64,000 nt of DNA, from NCBI GenBank assembly GCA_963823665.1, contig CAWGMQ010000004.1:2752001-2816000 (forward strand), read 5' to 3'. A model generated the notes under the pieces. That model was not told the DNA's origin and searched no databases. It was given only the letters and a program-made list of their open reading frames with translations. The stretch is from an uncultured Planctomycetota bacterium. Lineage in GTDB: Bacteria; Planctomycetota; Planctomycetia; Isosphaerales; Isosphaeraceae. The translations under genes and the position numbers were made by a program. Shown piece by piece: positions 38,036 to 48,650 of the stretch (position 1 is the stretch's first letter; every line of letters starts with the position of its first letter).

Positions 38036-40525
38036 TCATTTCGGCCGGTAGGCGATTGCGCGGCGCACGGCGGGGGGCACGGGGGCATCTCTTCCCTTGA
38101 TCGCCCGCCAGAGTATTTCGTTTAGGTCGAAATCGTCGATCTTGTCGTACTCGTCGAAATTCATCTTGCTCGACCGATCGGCGCCGTAGGCACCAAGGGT
38201 GTTGACCTCGTTCAGATCGATTCGGGGTGGTTCGGGGGAATACGCGGCGAGAGACGGCGTGTTCGTGAACGAGGCGAACATCGGGCGGGCTGCTGCGTCG
38301 AATTGTGATAGTGGTGGTAATCCGAGAATCAGCTCGATGGTGCGAATCATGCTGACGGTGCTGTACTGGCTGCTGTCGAGGTGCTTTCGCTTGGTGTAGG
38401 GACTGATTACCAGGCCGACGGTGCGGTGGGCGTCGACGTGGTCGGGGCCGTTCTGGGCGTCGTCTTCAATGACGAAGATTGCGATCTGGGGCCAGTACTT
38501 GCTGCGGCTGATCGCCTCGACGATCCGGCCCAGCGCGAGGTCGTTGCTTGCGACGCAGGCTCTCGGAGTGTAAGTACCGGGCCTGGTGCCGGTCGTGTGA
38601 TCTTCGCCCAGGCTCATGACCATGAACCGCGGGAGTGAGTCGGTCTTTTCGAATGCCTCCAATTCCCGGATGAATGTTTCGGCGCATTCCGGGTCGCGGT
38701 CGCGGCCGCCGGTGCGCTTGGGAACCCCGAAGTCGGGGCACATGTGGCCCAGTAAACCGGGAACGGCGCCGTCGATTCTGAACGATCCGTCGGGCTGGCT
38801 GACGCGACGTCCGTACTCTCCATAGCTGCGGTAAGAAAGGCCGGCCCGGGCACAGGCATCCCAGAGATAACCGGAGGGTGCGTTCGACAAATCGCCATCA
38901 TCGTCGTCTTGAACGCCGGCCCGTCCTGAGTACGTCAGCGCCCAATTGCGGGCGATGTAGTCGGTGTTGTAAGCCATCGTCGACCAGGGATGGCCGTCGG
39001 CCGATACATGACCGTTGCAGTAAAGGTTGTCGAGCAGTACGAACTCTTCAGCCAGCTTGTGGTGGTTGGGGGTCACGTCGCGGCCGAACATCACGAGCGA
39101 GGGGTCGCCGTTGCCTCGCGTGAGGTCTCCGAAAACCTGGTCATACGTGCGATTCTCCTTGATGATGTATAGCACGTACTTGATCGGCGACGGGTCGCCG
39201 ACCCGGGTTGGAATGGCGGTTTTCTCGGGATAAGGAGCAGCCTCGAGCAGCTTGTCGGAGTATGGGCAATTCTTGTAGACCGTCTCGGTGTAGGCGGCCA
39301 GAGTCTTTTCGTCAGGTACGGGGACGATGGTCAGCGATCCGGAAAGGGTCGTGCCGATGTATGGGAACGGGAGGACGCGGCGCTTGGCGAGGTCGTCATT
39401 TGCCGTTTTCCTCTCGGTTTTTTCGCGCTCGATCGGGTTGGGTTTGGTCTGGTTTCCTTTGCCGACACCGACCAGCAATTGCTTGCTGTCCGGCGTGATC
39501 GCGACCGCGGTAGGATACCACCCGGTTGGTATAAATCCCTTGACTTGGCTCCGGCCTGGAGTGGCGACGTCGATCACGGCGATGTTGTTGTTATCGGCGT
39601 TGGCGACGAAGAGGGTCTTGCCATCGGGTGAAATGACCAGCGCGTCGGGCGTGCTGCCTTCGGGCGCTCGAGGGAAGAGGGCGGTGTGAATCGTCTCGGT
39701 CACGACCCCTCGCCTTGTGTCGATGACCGAGACCCAGTTGCTCGAGGCGCACGCCACGAAGATCCGGTCGTCGGTCGGGGAGACGGCGATCTGGTTGGGA
39801 TGGTCGCCAACGGCGATCCGGGCAACGGTGCGGAGATCGCCGGGGTCGATCACTCGCACAACCCGGCCGGCCCAGTCGGATACGAAGAGCTGGTTGCCGC
39901 TTCGCGAGAGGGCGACGTCGTAAGGCCGGCTGCCGGCCGGCGCGGATTTGAGTTCCTTATGGTCGTTGAGGGTGAGGGCCGAGATGGTTCCGGCGTCGAC
40001 ATCCAGTGAATAGAGGACCTTCCGAGGAGCGTCGAATGCGATGCCGGCGCGGAAATGGCGGGGCTCGCCTTTCCTCGAAGCCTTGCTCGGCGACTCCGGG
40101 CCGCTCGCGCGGGTGAGCCGGCTATCCTTTAGATCAAACGCGTGGAGCACATTGGCGCCACCGCCCGACCACCAGATGTGATCGCCAGCCGCAGTGGCGG
40201 CCAGGCCGAACCAGCTTTGATTGACGGCCTGGCGGTCGATGACTTTTCCTTCGTGAAGATCGATGATAGCGAGCTCGTGAGCGTTGTAGCCGGACGTGGC
40301 GGCAAGTGCATGGCGGTTGCCGGCCAGTGGGATGATGTTGAGAGGAAGATCGGCGAGGGCTACGGGCCTGCCGGCTGGTTTCAAGGTCCAGCCGTTCGGG
40401 AGCAGGAAATCGTGATCGGTCGAGCCTGCGTAGCGCGGCTGCTCCTGGGCCCGCGGAGCACTCACAGCGATCAAACTCCAAAACAGGAAAGCCGACGCCG
40501 CCAGGAACGCACGCTGCCTGGTCAT
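38036..40525 (-). CDS. YncE/YVTN beta-propeller plus phosphoesterase (alkaline phosphatase-like) protein
   Basis: LPNGW, GSTPDAL, IPTGWYPT, YIIKENRTYDQVFGD, SADGHPWS, EDDAQNGPDHVDAHR. Confidence 0.9.
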   Translation of the reverse strand: MTRQRAFLAASAFLFWSLIAVSAPRAQEQPRYAGSTDHDFLLPNGWTLKPAGRPVALADLPLNIIPLAGNRHALAATSGYNAHELAIIDLHEGKVIDRQAVNQSWFGLAATAAGDHIWWSGGGANVLHAFDLKDSRLTRASGPESPSKASRKGEPRHFRAGIAFDAPRKVLYSLDVDAGTISALTLNDHKELKSAPAGSRPYDVALSRSGNQLFVSDWAGRVVRVIDPGDLRTVARIAVGDHPNQIAVSPTDDRIFVACASSNWVSVIDTRRGVVTETIHTALFPRAPEGSTPDALVISPDGKTLFVANADNNNIAVIDVATPGRSQVKGFIPTGWYPTAVAITPDSKQLLVGVGKGNQTKPNPIEREKTERKTANDDLAKRRVLPFPYIGTTLSGSLTIVPVPDEKTLAAYTETVYKNCPYSDKLLEAAPYPEKTAIPTRVGDPSPIKYVLYIIKENRTYDQVFGDLTRGNGDPSLVMFGRDVTPNHHKLAEEFVLLDNLYCNGHVSADGHPWSTMAYNTDYIARNWALTYSGRAGVQDDDDGDLSNAPSGYLWDACARAGLSYRSYGEYGRRVSQPDGSFRIDGAVPGLLGHMCPDFGVPKRTGGRDRDPECAETFIRELEAFEKTDSLPRFMVMSLGEDHTTGTRPGTYTPRACVASNDLALGRIVEAISRSKYWPQIAIFVIEDDAQNGPDHVDAHRTVGLVISPYTKRKHLDSSQYSTVSMIRTIELILGLPPLSQFDAAARPMFASFTNTPSLAAYSPEPPRIDLNEVNTLGAYGADRSSKMNFDEYDKIDDFDLNEILWRAIKGRDAPVPPAVRRAIAYRPK

Positions 40526-40799
40526 GGAACCTGCCTCCAGCTCAACGAAGTCACAGGGCACGAGCCGCTACGGGTGCGCTCCATGCTGACGCTTGAGAAT
40601 CGGCGAGTCCAATGAGTTTTTGGTGTGGGTGTTATTTTGGCGGGTTTTGTCTGCGCTCGCGCGCGCTTACAGAATGAATTTTGCCCATTCATCGATCTGA
40701 GTGCTGGACCGCGGAATCTTTCTGGAAATTTCCCGGTCGACCGGGCGGCGAATCCGCAAAGTCGTGGCGTACTATAGACGAGGGAGCGCGCTGCGGGGC

Positions 40800-40965
40800 G
40801 GCGTTCTGCAGTCGGCGGCAGCACTGGCAGGTCGACACAGACTTGGCCGGCGTGCGCGAGCCCAAGGCAATCGGCGCACTCCCCGAGCCCGAGCGAGACG
40901 CCTGGCGCGCTCTCTGGAAGAATGTCGCCGACGCTCTGGCGAGGGCGCAGGCAGGCAAGTCATGA
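40800..40965 (+). pseudogene. Orphan C-terminal fragment of a kinase/TPR-type protein
   Basis: HWQVDTDLAGVREPKAIGALPEPERDAWRALWKNVADALARA* resembles a C-terminal motif of planctomycete Ser/Thr kinase-TPR proteins; no upstream gene body. Confidence 0.55.
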
Positions 40966-42791
40966 GACAGGAAGCCAGGCCAATCATTCCGCTGAAAATC
41001 TGGACGCTCTGTTTGCTAAACGGACTTTCGCGATTGTGGGAAAACGCGCCAGGCAGTGAGAGCAACGCCCGCGCCGCTCGGCGGGAGCCTCGCCCTCCCA
41101 GAATCACGGAACGCCATCTGGCCTGCGCCTTGCTGGTGCTCTGCGCTGTTTCGTCCGACGGCCTCCCCACCACCGCGCACGACCACGACCAAAAACCTCC
41201 TCCGCCGATCGCCTTTCAAGAAGTTGCGGCGCAGTCCGGGGTCAACTTCCAATTCCAGAACGGCTCGCGCGGTAAGCACGACCTCCCCGAAATCATGGGC
41301 GGCGGCGTGGCCCTGTTTGACGCCGACGGAGATGGCCTGCTTGACATCTACCTGTGCGACGGCGGTCCGATCGACGTGTCTCGAGGCAAGCCCGATCCGC
41401 CCTGCCGGCTGTTTCGCAACCGGGGCGAGTGGCGATTTGATGACGTGAGCCGGGAAGCGGCTGCGCCGGGCCCGAGCTATGCGATGGGAGCTGCGGCCGC
41501 GGATTACGACGGGGACGGACGGGTTGACCTGTTTGTCACCGGCTGGCGCGATCAGCGGCTCTATCGCAATCTCGGCGACTGTCGATTTGAGGATGTGACC
41601 GAGCGCGCGGGCTTGAAATCAGGCCTCTGGAGCACGTCCGCGGCATTCGCCGATCTTGACGGCGACGGTGATCTCGACCTGTACGTTGCGAATTATCTGG
41701 ACTACGACGCGAAATCCCCTCCTTTTTGCTCGGCCCCCGACGGCCGGCGAGACTACTGCGGTCCGGAAGATTTCGCTGCACAGCCCGATAGACTGTATCG
41801 TAACAATGGCGACGGAACATTCACGGACGTTTCGATTGCAGCCGGAATCAACGCGGGCGAAGGCCGCGGACTGGGCGTGTTGATTGCTGAGCTGACGGGT
41901 GACAATCGACCCGACATCTACGTCGCCAACGACGGAAGTCCCTGCTGGCTGTTTGCCAACCAAGGCAACTTGAGCTTCAAAGAGATCGGCGAGCGGGCGG
42001 GGGTGGCCCACGACGGGCAGGGGCAGGCCATGGCGGGGATGGGGGTCGCGGCAGGCGACTTGAATGACGACGGACGGTGCGAACTCGTTGTTTCCAACTT
42101 TTTCGATCGTTCAACCGTTGCGTTTGAGCAACTGCCTGGCCAGGCGGCCATTTATCGCGACGTCTCGGCCCGGCTGGGGCTTGCGGCAGCCACTCGTCAC
42201 GTGCTCGGGTTCGGGCTGGCACTCGTCGATTTCGACGGCGACGGCCACAACGACTTGATTCAGGCGAACGGGCACGTGCTGGACCGCGCCCGGCTGGGCA
42301 TTCCGTTCGCGATGCGTCCAACACTGCTGCGAAACATGGGTGGCGCGTTTCAAGATGTTGCCGAAGGAGCCGGTCCGTGGTTCGGACAGCCGGTGCTGGG
42401 GCGCGGGCTAGCGGTGGGCGATCTGGATGGCGATGGCAAGCCCGACGTCGTCGTTAATTGCATCGATGCCCCGGCCGCCCTGTTGCGGAACGCCTGCGAT
42501 GGGAATCATTTCCTGGTTCTGGATATGATCGACAAGGCCGGAAGGCCGGCCGTGGGGGCTCGAGTCGAGGTCAGGGCAGGGGGACGCCGGCAGGTGAAGA
42601 ATGTCGCGGCGGCCGGAAGTTATCTTGCGTCTGCGCCGGCGCGATTGTTTATCGGGCTCGGCCATGCCCAATCGGTGGAACGTATCGACGTGGCGTGGCC
42701 ATGGGGGGTTTCCGAATCGTGGAGATCAGTAGCGGTGCCCGGGCGCGGAGCAGTGCGGATCCGGCAAGGAAGTGGACGCCCCGCGCCGTGA
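40962..42791 (+). CDS. CRTAC1 family protein (FG-GAP repeats + ASPIC/UnbV); true start uncertain
   Basis: EIMGGGVALFDADGDG, multiple DxDGDG repeats, RGLAVGDLDGDG, GSYLAS. Confidence 0.9.
   Translation: MRQEARPIIPLKIWTLCLLNGLSRLWENAPGSESNARAARREPRPPRITERHLACALLVLCAVSSDGLPTTAHDHDQKPPPPIAFQEVAAQSGVNFQFQNGSRGKHDLPEIMGGGVALFDADGDGLLDIYLCDGGPIDVSRGKPDPPCRLFRNRGEWRFDDVSREAAAPGPSYAMGAAAADYDGDGRVDLFVTGWRDQRLYRNLGDCRFEDVTERAGLKSGLWSTSAAFADLDGDGDLDLYVANYLDYDAKSPPFCSAPDGRRDYCGPEDFAAQPDRLYRNNGDGTFTDVSIAAGINAGEGRGLGVLIAELTGDNRPDIYVANDGSPCWLFANQGNLSFKEIGERAGVAHDGQGQAMAGMGVAAGDLNDDGRCELVVSNFFDRSTVAFEQLPGQAAIYRDVSARLGLAAATRHVLGFGLALVDFDGDGHNDLIQANGHVLDRARLGIPFAMRPTLLRNMGGAFQDVAEGAGPWFGQPVLGRGLAVGDLDGDGKPDVVVNCIDAPAALLRNACDGNHFLVLDMIDKAGRPAVGARVEVRAGGRRQVKNVAAAGSYLASAPARLFIGLGHAQSVERIDVAWPWGVSESWRSVAVPGRGAVRIRQGSGRPAP
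41075..41100. repeat. REP-like element inside the apparent 5' region of the CRTAC1 gene
   Basis: gctcggcgggagcctcgccctccca resembles a planctomycete intergenic REP family (from recall); single copy in this window. Confidence 0.45.
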
Positions 42792-42828
42792 GCATCACGG
42801 TGTCTGTCGCTTCGACAAATTTGAGGAA

Positions 42829-43695
42829 ATGACCCACATGACCGCTACCGAAGCTCTGGATGACCAGACATTGCAATGCATGGAGATCTGGGGCGGGTTC
42901 GAGCCGGTTGAGCGCAACGTATCAACCCCGGGCCTCGATTTGTGGGTTTACTGCCGGCCCTACCATGGCGACCAGCAAGGCGGCGACGTTTACTACGTGA
43001 CGCTTTGTGGCGGAGGAGTGATCACCCGAATGGTGGTCGCTGACGTCTCGGGTCACGGGGCGGCGGTGGCGGAGTTCTCGAAATCGCTACGAGCACTGTT
43101 GCGAAAGAACATCAATCAGAAAAGTCAAAGAAGACTCGTGGAGAGGCTCAACCAGCAGTTTATCGAGATGGCCGGGATGCAGCGGTTCGCGACCGCTCTG
43201 GTGATGACGTATCTTGCTTCTCACGATCGATTGTCCGTGTGCAATGCAGGGCATCCACGTCCGCTCTACTTCCGAGCGAGCGAACGGGCCTGGTCGTTCG
43301 TGTCGGGCCCCGCGAGCCTCGAGAAGGCCGGCGGCAACTTACCGCTGGGCCTGGACGAAGAGAGTGGCTACCAGAACTTCGACGTCGTGCTCGGCCGGGG
43401 TGATCTGCTCGTGTTTTACACGGACGCACTGAGCGAGGCGGCCGATCCGGGGGGCAAGCTACTCGGCGAAGAGGGATTGCTGGCGGCGGCCCGTCGACTG
43501 GACCTCTCGGACCCCCGCCCCGGCGTGATCGGCCCTGCCTTGGTGGAAGCAGTCTCGAGCCACCGCGAACATCGCGCCGCTGAAGACGATGTCACGCTTG
43601 TGGTCATCAACCACAACGCGTCAGCGACACCGCGGTTGTCGCTGGGTGAAAAGGTCGACGTTTATGCCAAGGTCTTCGGGCTGAAAGCGGTTTGA
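42829..43695 (+). CDS. PP2C/SpoIIE-family protein phosphatase
   Basis: MEIWGG, GGDVY, ADVSGHG, NAGHPRP, LPLG, YTDAL.E, DDVT. Confidence 0.9.
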   Translation: MTHMTATEALDDQTLQCMEIWGGFEPVERNVSTPGLDLWVYCRPYHGDQQGGDVYYVTLCGGGVITRMVVADVSGHGAAVAEFSKSLRALLRKNINQKSQRRLVERLNQQFIEMAGMQRFATALVMTYLASHDRLSVCNAGHPRPLYFRASERAWSFVSGPASLEKAGGNLPLGLDEESGYQNFDVVLGRGDLLVFYTDALSEAADPGGKLLGEEGLLAAARRLDLSDPRPGVIGPALVEAVSSHREHRAAEDDVTLVVINHNASATPRLSLGEKVDVYAKVFGLKAV

Positions 43696-43825
43696 CGGAA
43701 TCGGTAAGATCTCCCCTCGTGGGTTCTCGATCGATTAATCTCACTTCCCGGCCATCCGCGGCGCTCGATTCACGGATGGCTTGCCTAAACGACGTGACTG
43801 AGTAGTTGCCTGGGAGTTTCCGATC

Positions 43826-46654
43826 ATGATCGGGTCGAATCTGCGCCGCGTCGGGTTATTCGTGCTGCTATTGAGTGGATACGTCAACGCCCAGGAAAGC
43901 AGCATCCCTCGGCCCGAGCATCCCCGGCCGGATGCCATGCGCAGTCACTGGTCGAATCTCAACGGGCGCTGGGAGTTCCGATTCGACGCCGGGGACCAAG
44001 GGCTCGCCGAGGGCTGGGAGAAGCCGGGCGCGGTGGGATACAACCAGACGATCGTCGTGCCCTTTCCGTGGGAGAGCGAACTTTCGGGAATTCATAAGAT
44101 CAAGGGCGCGCCCAAGGTGGCCTGGTATCGCCGCCGATTCAAAGTGCCTACCAATTTTCCTGCCGGGAATCGCGTCTGGCTCCGCTTTGGAGCCGTTGAC
44201 TGGCGGGCGGACGTCTGGGTGAACGGGAAAAAAGTTGCCGAGCACGATGGGGGTTACACGCCATTCGACGCCGACATCACGGACGCCGTCGACCGGGCGG
44301 ATGAGAACATCGTCGTCGTGCGCGCGTATGACCCGACTGACCCGGCGCTGCCGACTGGAAAGCAAGTCGGTTGGTACACGCCCAGCTCCGGCATCTGGCA
44401 GACGGTATGGCTCGAGGCCCGATCGAAGACTTACATCTCCGAGTTCCGGATCAACACTCGAATCAACCCAGCAGTCGTTCACGTGACGGCGTCGATCACC
44501 GGCTTCGATCGGTCGAAGTACGCTCTTGTCTTCAAGTCAAACGATCCGACTGTAAACTCTGCGTCGTCACCGGCCGTCGGGCCTGTCAACGCGGCCGGAA
44601 AGGGAAGCCAGGCCATCGAGCTTGAAACGACGGTGAAGGACGCGAAACTGTGGACTCCCGAAACCCCGGTGCTGTACGACGGCACCCTCGAGCTCAAGGA
44701 CGAAGCGGGCCACGTGATTGACACGGTCTCCACGTACTTCGGGTTGCGCACCATCAGCCGTGGCCGGTATGGCGATCTACCCTATGAGCGAATTCTGCTG
44801 AATGGGAAGCCGATCTACCTACGGGTGGCGCTCGACCAGTCGTTCAATCCCAAAGGGCTGTACACGGCTCCGAACGACGATTTCTTGAAGCGAGACATGA
44901 TCATCGCCAAGGAGATGGGCCTCAACGGCCTGCGGATTCACATCAAACCGGACGAGCCGCGCCGGCTGTACTGGGCCGATCATTTCGGCATCTTAATTCT
45001 CGAGGACATGCCCAATACGTGGCGGCAGAATGCGCAGGCGCGGCGGGCATGGGAGCAAACGATGCGTGAAACGCTTGCCCGCGATCGCAACCACCCGGCG
45101 ATCATCGCATGGGTTGCCTTCAACGAGACGTGGGGCCTGGGCAAGCCCGAAGACTACAAGAAGGACCAGAGCACCCAGGCCTGGGTCGGCAGCATGGTTC
45201 AGCTCATTCGCGGGCTCGATGGTCACGAACGGTTGGTCGAGGACAATTCTCCCTGCAATTATGATCACATTGCCGAAAACGACTTGAATAGCTGGCATTT
45301 CTATATCGACGACCATGAACAGGCCAGGCGCCACATTGAAGACGTCGTTAGCCAGACGAAGCCCGGCAGCAGTTTCAATTACTGTCCGGGCCAAGCGCAG
45401 ACGAACCTGCCGCTAATCAACTCGGAATATGGGGCGGTCTCAGCCGGAGGTGGCGACCGGGATATCTCATGGGGTTTGCGCGACTTGACGACGCAGCTCC
45501 GCCGCCAGCCGAAGATCCAAGGATTCGTCTACACCGAGCTCAGTGACATCGAATGGGAACACAATGGGCTCGTCAACTACGATCGCAGCCCGAAAGTCTT
45601 CGGTTACGACTCGTGGCTGTCGGACATGCGACCGAATGAGCTCCTGGGTGCAGATTTCATCGGCTACGACGCGCCGCCGGCGATCGTGGGCACACCGGGC
45701 GAGACGATATCCGTGCCGATCTTCGTGAGCCACTTTTCGGAGCGGTCGCACCCGGTGCAGGTGCGGTGGTGGGTCAGCGGGCACGATTCCAGGGCCGATA
45801 TCCGTACCGTGGTTCCACCTACGAGCTTTCCGATTCAATGGCGGCTTTATGATGTGGTCAACCTAGAGCCGCTCAAGATCACTCTGCCTGATTATCCGTT
45901 TGTCGGCGCAATCAATCTGACGTTGCGCGACGAGCAAAACCATCGCTTCGCAGCGAATTTCGTCAATCTGGTGGTAAAGCCCGACGGTCCGCTGCCCCGA
46001 ATCAAGAGGCGTAACGATCACGATGTCACGATACGCTTCGCTCCGGGCGATTTCGCGCGGCAGGAATGGTCTGACCGCGCGAAAGCGCCGGCGGGCAAGG
46101 TCTACGGCCGAGGGAAGGGCTACTTTGAATACCGGATCGAGCTTCCGCCGGCGGTCGTGAAAGCGCATCCTGAATCGTTTTATTACCTCTTCCAGGCTGG
46201 TTCCAAAGCCAAGCGTGAACGAGTCGACTGGCCGGAGCGTGAAAACCGGCAGGATTACCCTCAGACCGACCAGGCTCGGACTTGGTCCTCGACCCTGGCG
46301 ATTCTCTTGAATGGGCGACCCGTTGACCGGATCACGTTGCCGGATGACGCGGCCGACGCGCGGGGTGTCCTGTCGCACCTGGCCAAGGTTGAGCACGGAA
46401 GTCACGGAGAACTGGTCGACGGCATGGTGGTGATCACGGACAGAGACCGCGCTATCCTGGCCGCCGGTGGGCCCATGGTTCTCCGGCTGGCCGTGCCCGA
46501 TGACGCCCCGCACGCCGGAGGGCTTTGCATCTTCGGCGCGACGACCGGTGAAATGCCGCTGGACCCGACCATTGAGGTGCACACACGGGATGCCTTGCCC
46601 GCCGATCTGGCGGTTGATCCCAAGCGATCGCTAGCGATTCCGGCGGGGCCGTAA
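43826..46654 (+). CDS. Glycoside hydrolase family 2
   Basis: PRPEHPRP, LNGRWEF, FGAVDW, GKQ..YT.SSGIWQTVWLE, LDQ, RIHIK, NHPAIIAW..FNETWG, SEYG. Confidence 0.9.
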   Translation: MIGSNLRRVGLFVLLLSGYVNAQESSIPRPEHPRPDAMRSHWSNLNGRWEFRFDAGDQGLAEGWEKPGAVGYNQTIVVPFPWESELSGIHKIKGAPKVAWYRRRFKVPTNFPAGNRVWLRFGAVDWRADVWVNGKKVAEHDGGYTPFDADITDAVDRADENIVVVRAYDPTDPALPTGKQVGWYTPSSGIWQTVWLEARSKTYISEFRINTRINPAVVHVTASITGFDRSKYALVFKSNDPTVNSASSPAVGPVNAAGKGSQAIELETTVKDAKLWTPETPVLYDGTLELKDEAGHVIDTVSTYFGLRTISRGRYGDLPYERILLNGKPIYLRVALDQSFNPKGLYTAPNDDFLKRDMIIAKEMGLNGLRIHIKPDEPRRLYWADHFGILILEDMPNTWRQNAQARRAWEQTMRETLARDRNHPAIIAWVAFNETWGLGKPEDYKKDQSTQAWVGSMVQLIRGLDGHERLVEDNSPCNYDHIAENDLNSWHFYIDDHEQARRHIEDVVSQTKPGSSFNYCPGQAQTNLPLINSEYGAVSAGGGDRDISWGLRDLTTQLRRQPKIQGFVYTELSDIEWEHNGLVNYDRSPKVFGYDSWLSDMRPNELLGADFIGYDAPPAIVGTPGETISVPIFVSHFSERSHPVQVRWWVSGHDSRADIRTVVPPTSFPIQWRLYDVVNLEPLKITLPDYPFVGAINLTLRDEQNHRFAANFVNLVVKPDGPLPRIKRRNDHDVTIRFAPGDFARQEWSDRAKAPAGKVYGRGKGYFEYRIELPPAVVKAHPESFYYLFQAGSKAKRERVDWPERENRQDYPQTDQARTWSSTLAILLNGRPVDRITLPDDAADARGVLSHLAKVEHGSHGELVDGMVVITDRDRAILAAGGPMVLRLAVPDDAPHAGGLCIFGATTGEMPLDPTIEVHTRDALPADLAVDPKRSLAIPAGP

Positions 46655-46868
46655 TCATCTCGTTATAGCTCCTTCTCACCGCCGTCTGTGCATTGCTCCA
46701 CCCTCAGTTTCGCGGCCGATCGGATACGAGCCGCCTGTCTTGGTGTAGGGCACGAATCCTTCCGGCGGCGGTCGCGCGTGGGGGGCGGGGTCGGAGACCG
46801 GCGCCCGAGATTGCGGCCTCGCCGCGTTCGGAGAGTGTGCGCAGAGGGCTCGCCGGTGTTGCCCGTCG

Positions 46869-47135
46869 TTACTCGCCGTCTTGGAAGCGCGAGCCGTCTC
46901 CGGTCAGGAGCCAGTGCGGGTGGACTCGAGTCAGCTCGATGAAGCGCAGGATCGAGTGGGCGGGGATCGTGCAGCCGGATTCGTAGTTGTGCAACGTCCG
47001 GAAAGGAATTCCGAGCGCCTCGGCGAGTAGCGGGCCACCGTTCTCGCCGTAGAGCGCGACGCGGATCTCACGGAATCGCACCGCGACATCGGTCTTGATC
47101 GCCTGCCAGTCCGCGTCCGGAGGGATGTCGTCCAA
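46869..47135 (-). CDS. Small XRE/Cro-like HTH regulator
   Basis: gaggt + TTG at 47135; [39 protein letters not shown]. Confidence 0.8.
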   Translation of the reverse strand: MDDIPPDADWQAIKTDVAVRFREIRVALYGENGGPLLAEALGIPFRTLHNYESGCTIPAHSILRFIELTRVHPHWLLTGDGSRFQDGE

Positions 47136-47448
47136 CTGCAGGCACCTCTCTGTGTGCGCACGGGCGACGAAGCCCGTGGGAAACTCATGGCGATTATGCG
47201 CCAGATTTGCCCGCAATTCCAGAGTGGGGAGCATGGATCGAAGCGCATGCCGTGGAATTTCGAGCCAAGATCGCGCGGGTCTGGAAATTGACCGTCGCCG
47301 TCGGCCGCTCGACGAAGCGTGAACTAGCGTTTGATCAGGGAGTTTCGCTGACGCAGGGAGCTGCTTCAAGCCGGCTTCTGCGAAACACCCAGCTCTGCAG
47401 CGCAGGGGGCAATTGGCTGTTGCTCTCGCATAACAACGCCGGATCGAA

Positions 47449-47473
47449 ATTGTATAACATGAAGTTACATAAT
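47449..47473. promoter_or_regulatory. Imperfect inverted repeat, candidate operator between divergent genes
   Basis: attgtataac-atgaa-gttacataat (8/10 paired) in an AT-rich region. Confidence 0.35.
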
Positions 47474-47669
47474 GTCTTACGATCAGAGCCATCGGGTTCA
47501 GCGCCACAGCGACCGGTGGGGTTTGCGGCGGACTCGGCGGGACTGGCAGATTGGAAATCCAAATTTCGAGGAATTTTTTGACGCGGAGGATTTGCGATTT
47601 CGGTCCTTGGGGCAGAGTGAAGTGAATTGATGGTAATCAAGAAACCGAAGCAAAGACCGAAAACGCAAA

Positions 47670-48302
47670 TTGAGGTTGAATGACGTGCGGTTCCCACCAC
47701 AGGCGGTGATCGAGGAGCTTTCGGGCCGGATTCAACAAGCTTATGGGCTGCGACGTCCTGACTGGCGCGGCGGGTGCTCCACAGACAGGGTTTGGGGTGC
47801 CGCGGCGGGACGGCTCTGGGCGGCGCATGCGGCGGACCCCACCCGGGTTCCACTGGATGCCGAGCTGTTCGTGGCGTCGCAGCCGATTGCCGTTCCGTTC
47901 GCAGATCCTTGGTCGGAGCTGGCCGGGCCTGAATCCGCGCGGCGCTACCGGTCGACGCTGCGCCGAATTGTGAGACGTCTGCGCGGCGAGTTGAAGCGAG
48001 AAATCGCCCGCGCGGAGCGGTTGATCAAGCGTGGCCGAGATATTCGCGAGGTGCTTGCGACGGCGGGGCGTATTTCTCCGCTGGGTTGCTTCATCGTCGC
48101 CATTCGGGCGGAACGTGAAGAGCTCGCGAACTCATTCGCCGAGGCGGCTGGGGCACAGCACCGCGCATGCCCGCTTTGCCGCGAGGCGAGCGATGCGCTT
48201 CTGGCGAGAGATCATTATCCGGTCGCGACGCCTTTTGCTCCACACGAGCCTCCGCAAGATCTGAAGCCGCGCGTCGACAAACTCTTACTATCGTTAAACT
48301 AA
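47670..48302 (+). CDS. Hypothetical protein
   Basis: 210-aa ORF with natural composition (PLDAELFVASQP, SPLGCF, HRACPLC), divergent from the XRE gene. Confidence 0.65.
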   Translation: MRLNDVRFPPQAVIEELSGRIQQAYGLRRPDWRGGCSTDRVWGAAAGRLWAAHAADPTRVPLDAELFVASQPIAVPFADPWSELAGPESARRYRSTLRRIVRRLRGELKREIARAERLIKRGRDIREVLATAGRISPLGCFIVAIRAEREELANSFAEAAGAQHRACPLCREASDALLARDHYPVATPFAPHEPPQDLKPRVDKLLLSLN

Positions 48303-48650
48303 TGAACTACGATATTCACTCCTCGACGCGTACATAACTCCTTGCTGGTGGTCGTTCTGCAACGGTCGCCGGGTCGGCGGCGTCACTCTTGGATTCTCCC
48401 GCCCTCATGGGAGCGAAGCTTTCGACGCGCCGCCGATCTTGAATCGGGATTTCGCGCAGCCTCCAGTGCGAGCTGATGCGGCCTTCCGCTGGCTGGGCAT
48501 CAAACTCTCTTCCCCAAAAAGGCGGGGGGTTTGCCGACGTAATTGTCAAGCGCTCAACGAGCGGGTCCCTGCGCGCCGATTTCGTACGTACAACCGCAGC
48601 CGTTCGTTTCATCTCGCCGTTTTGCTTTCTCAAGTTCCAGGAGCTTCCCG

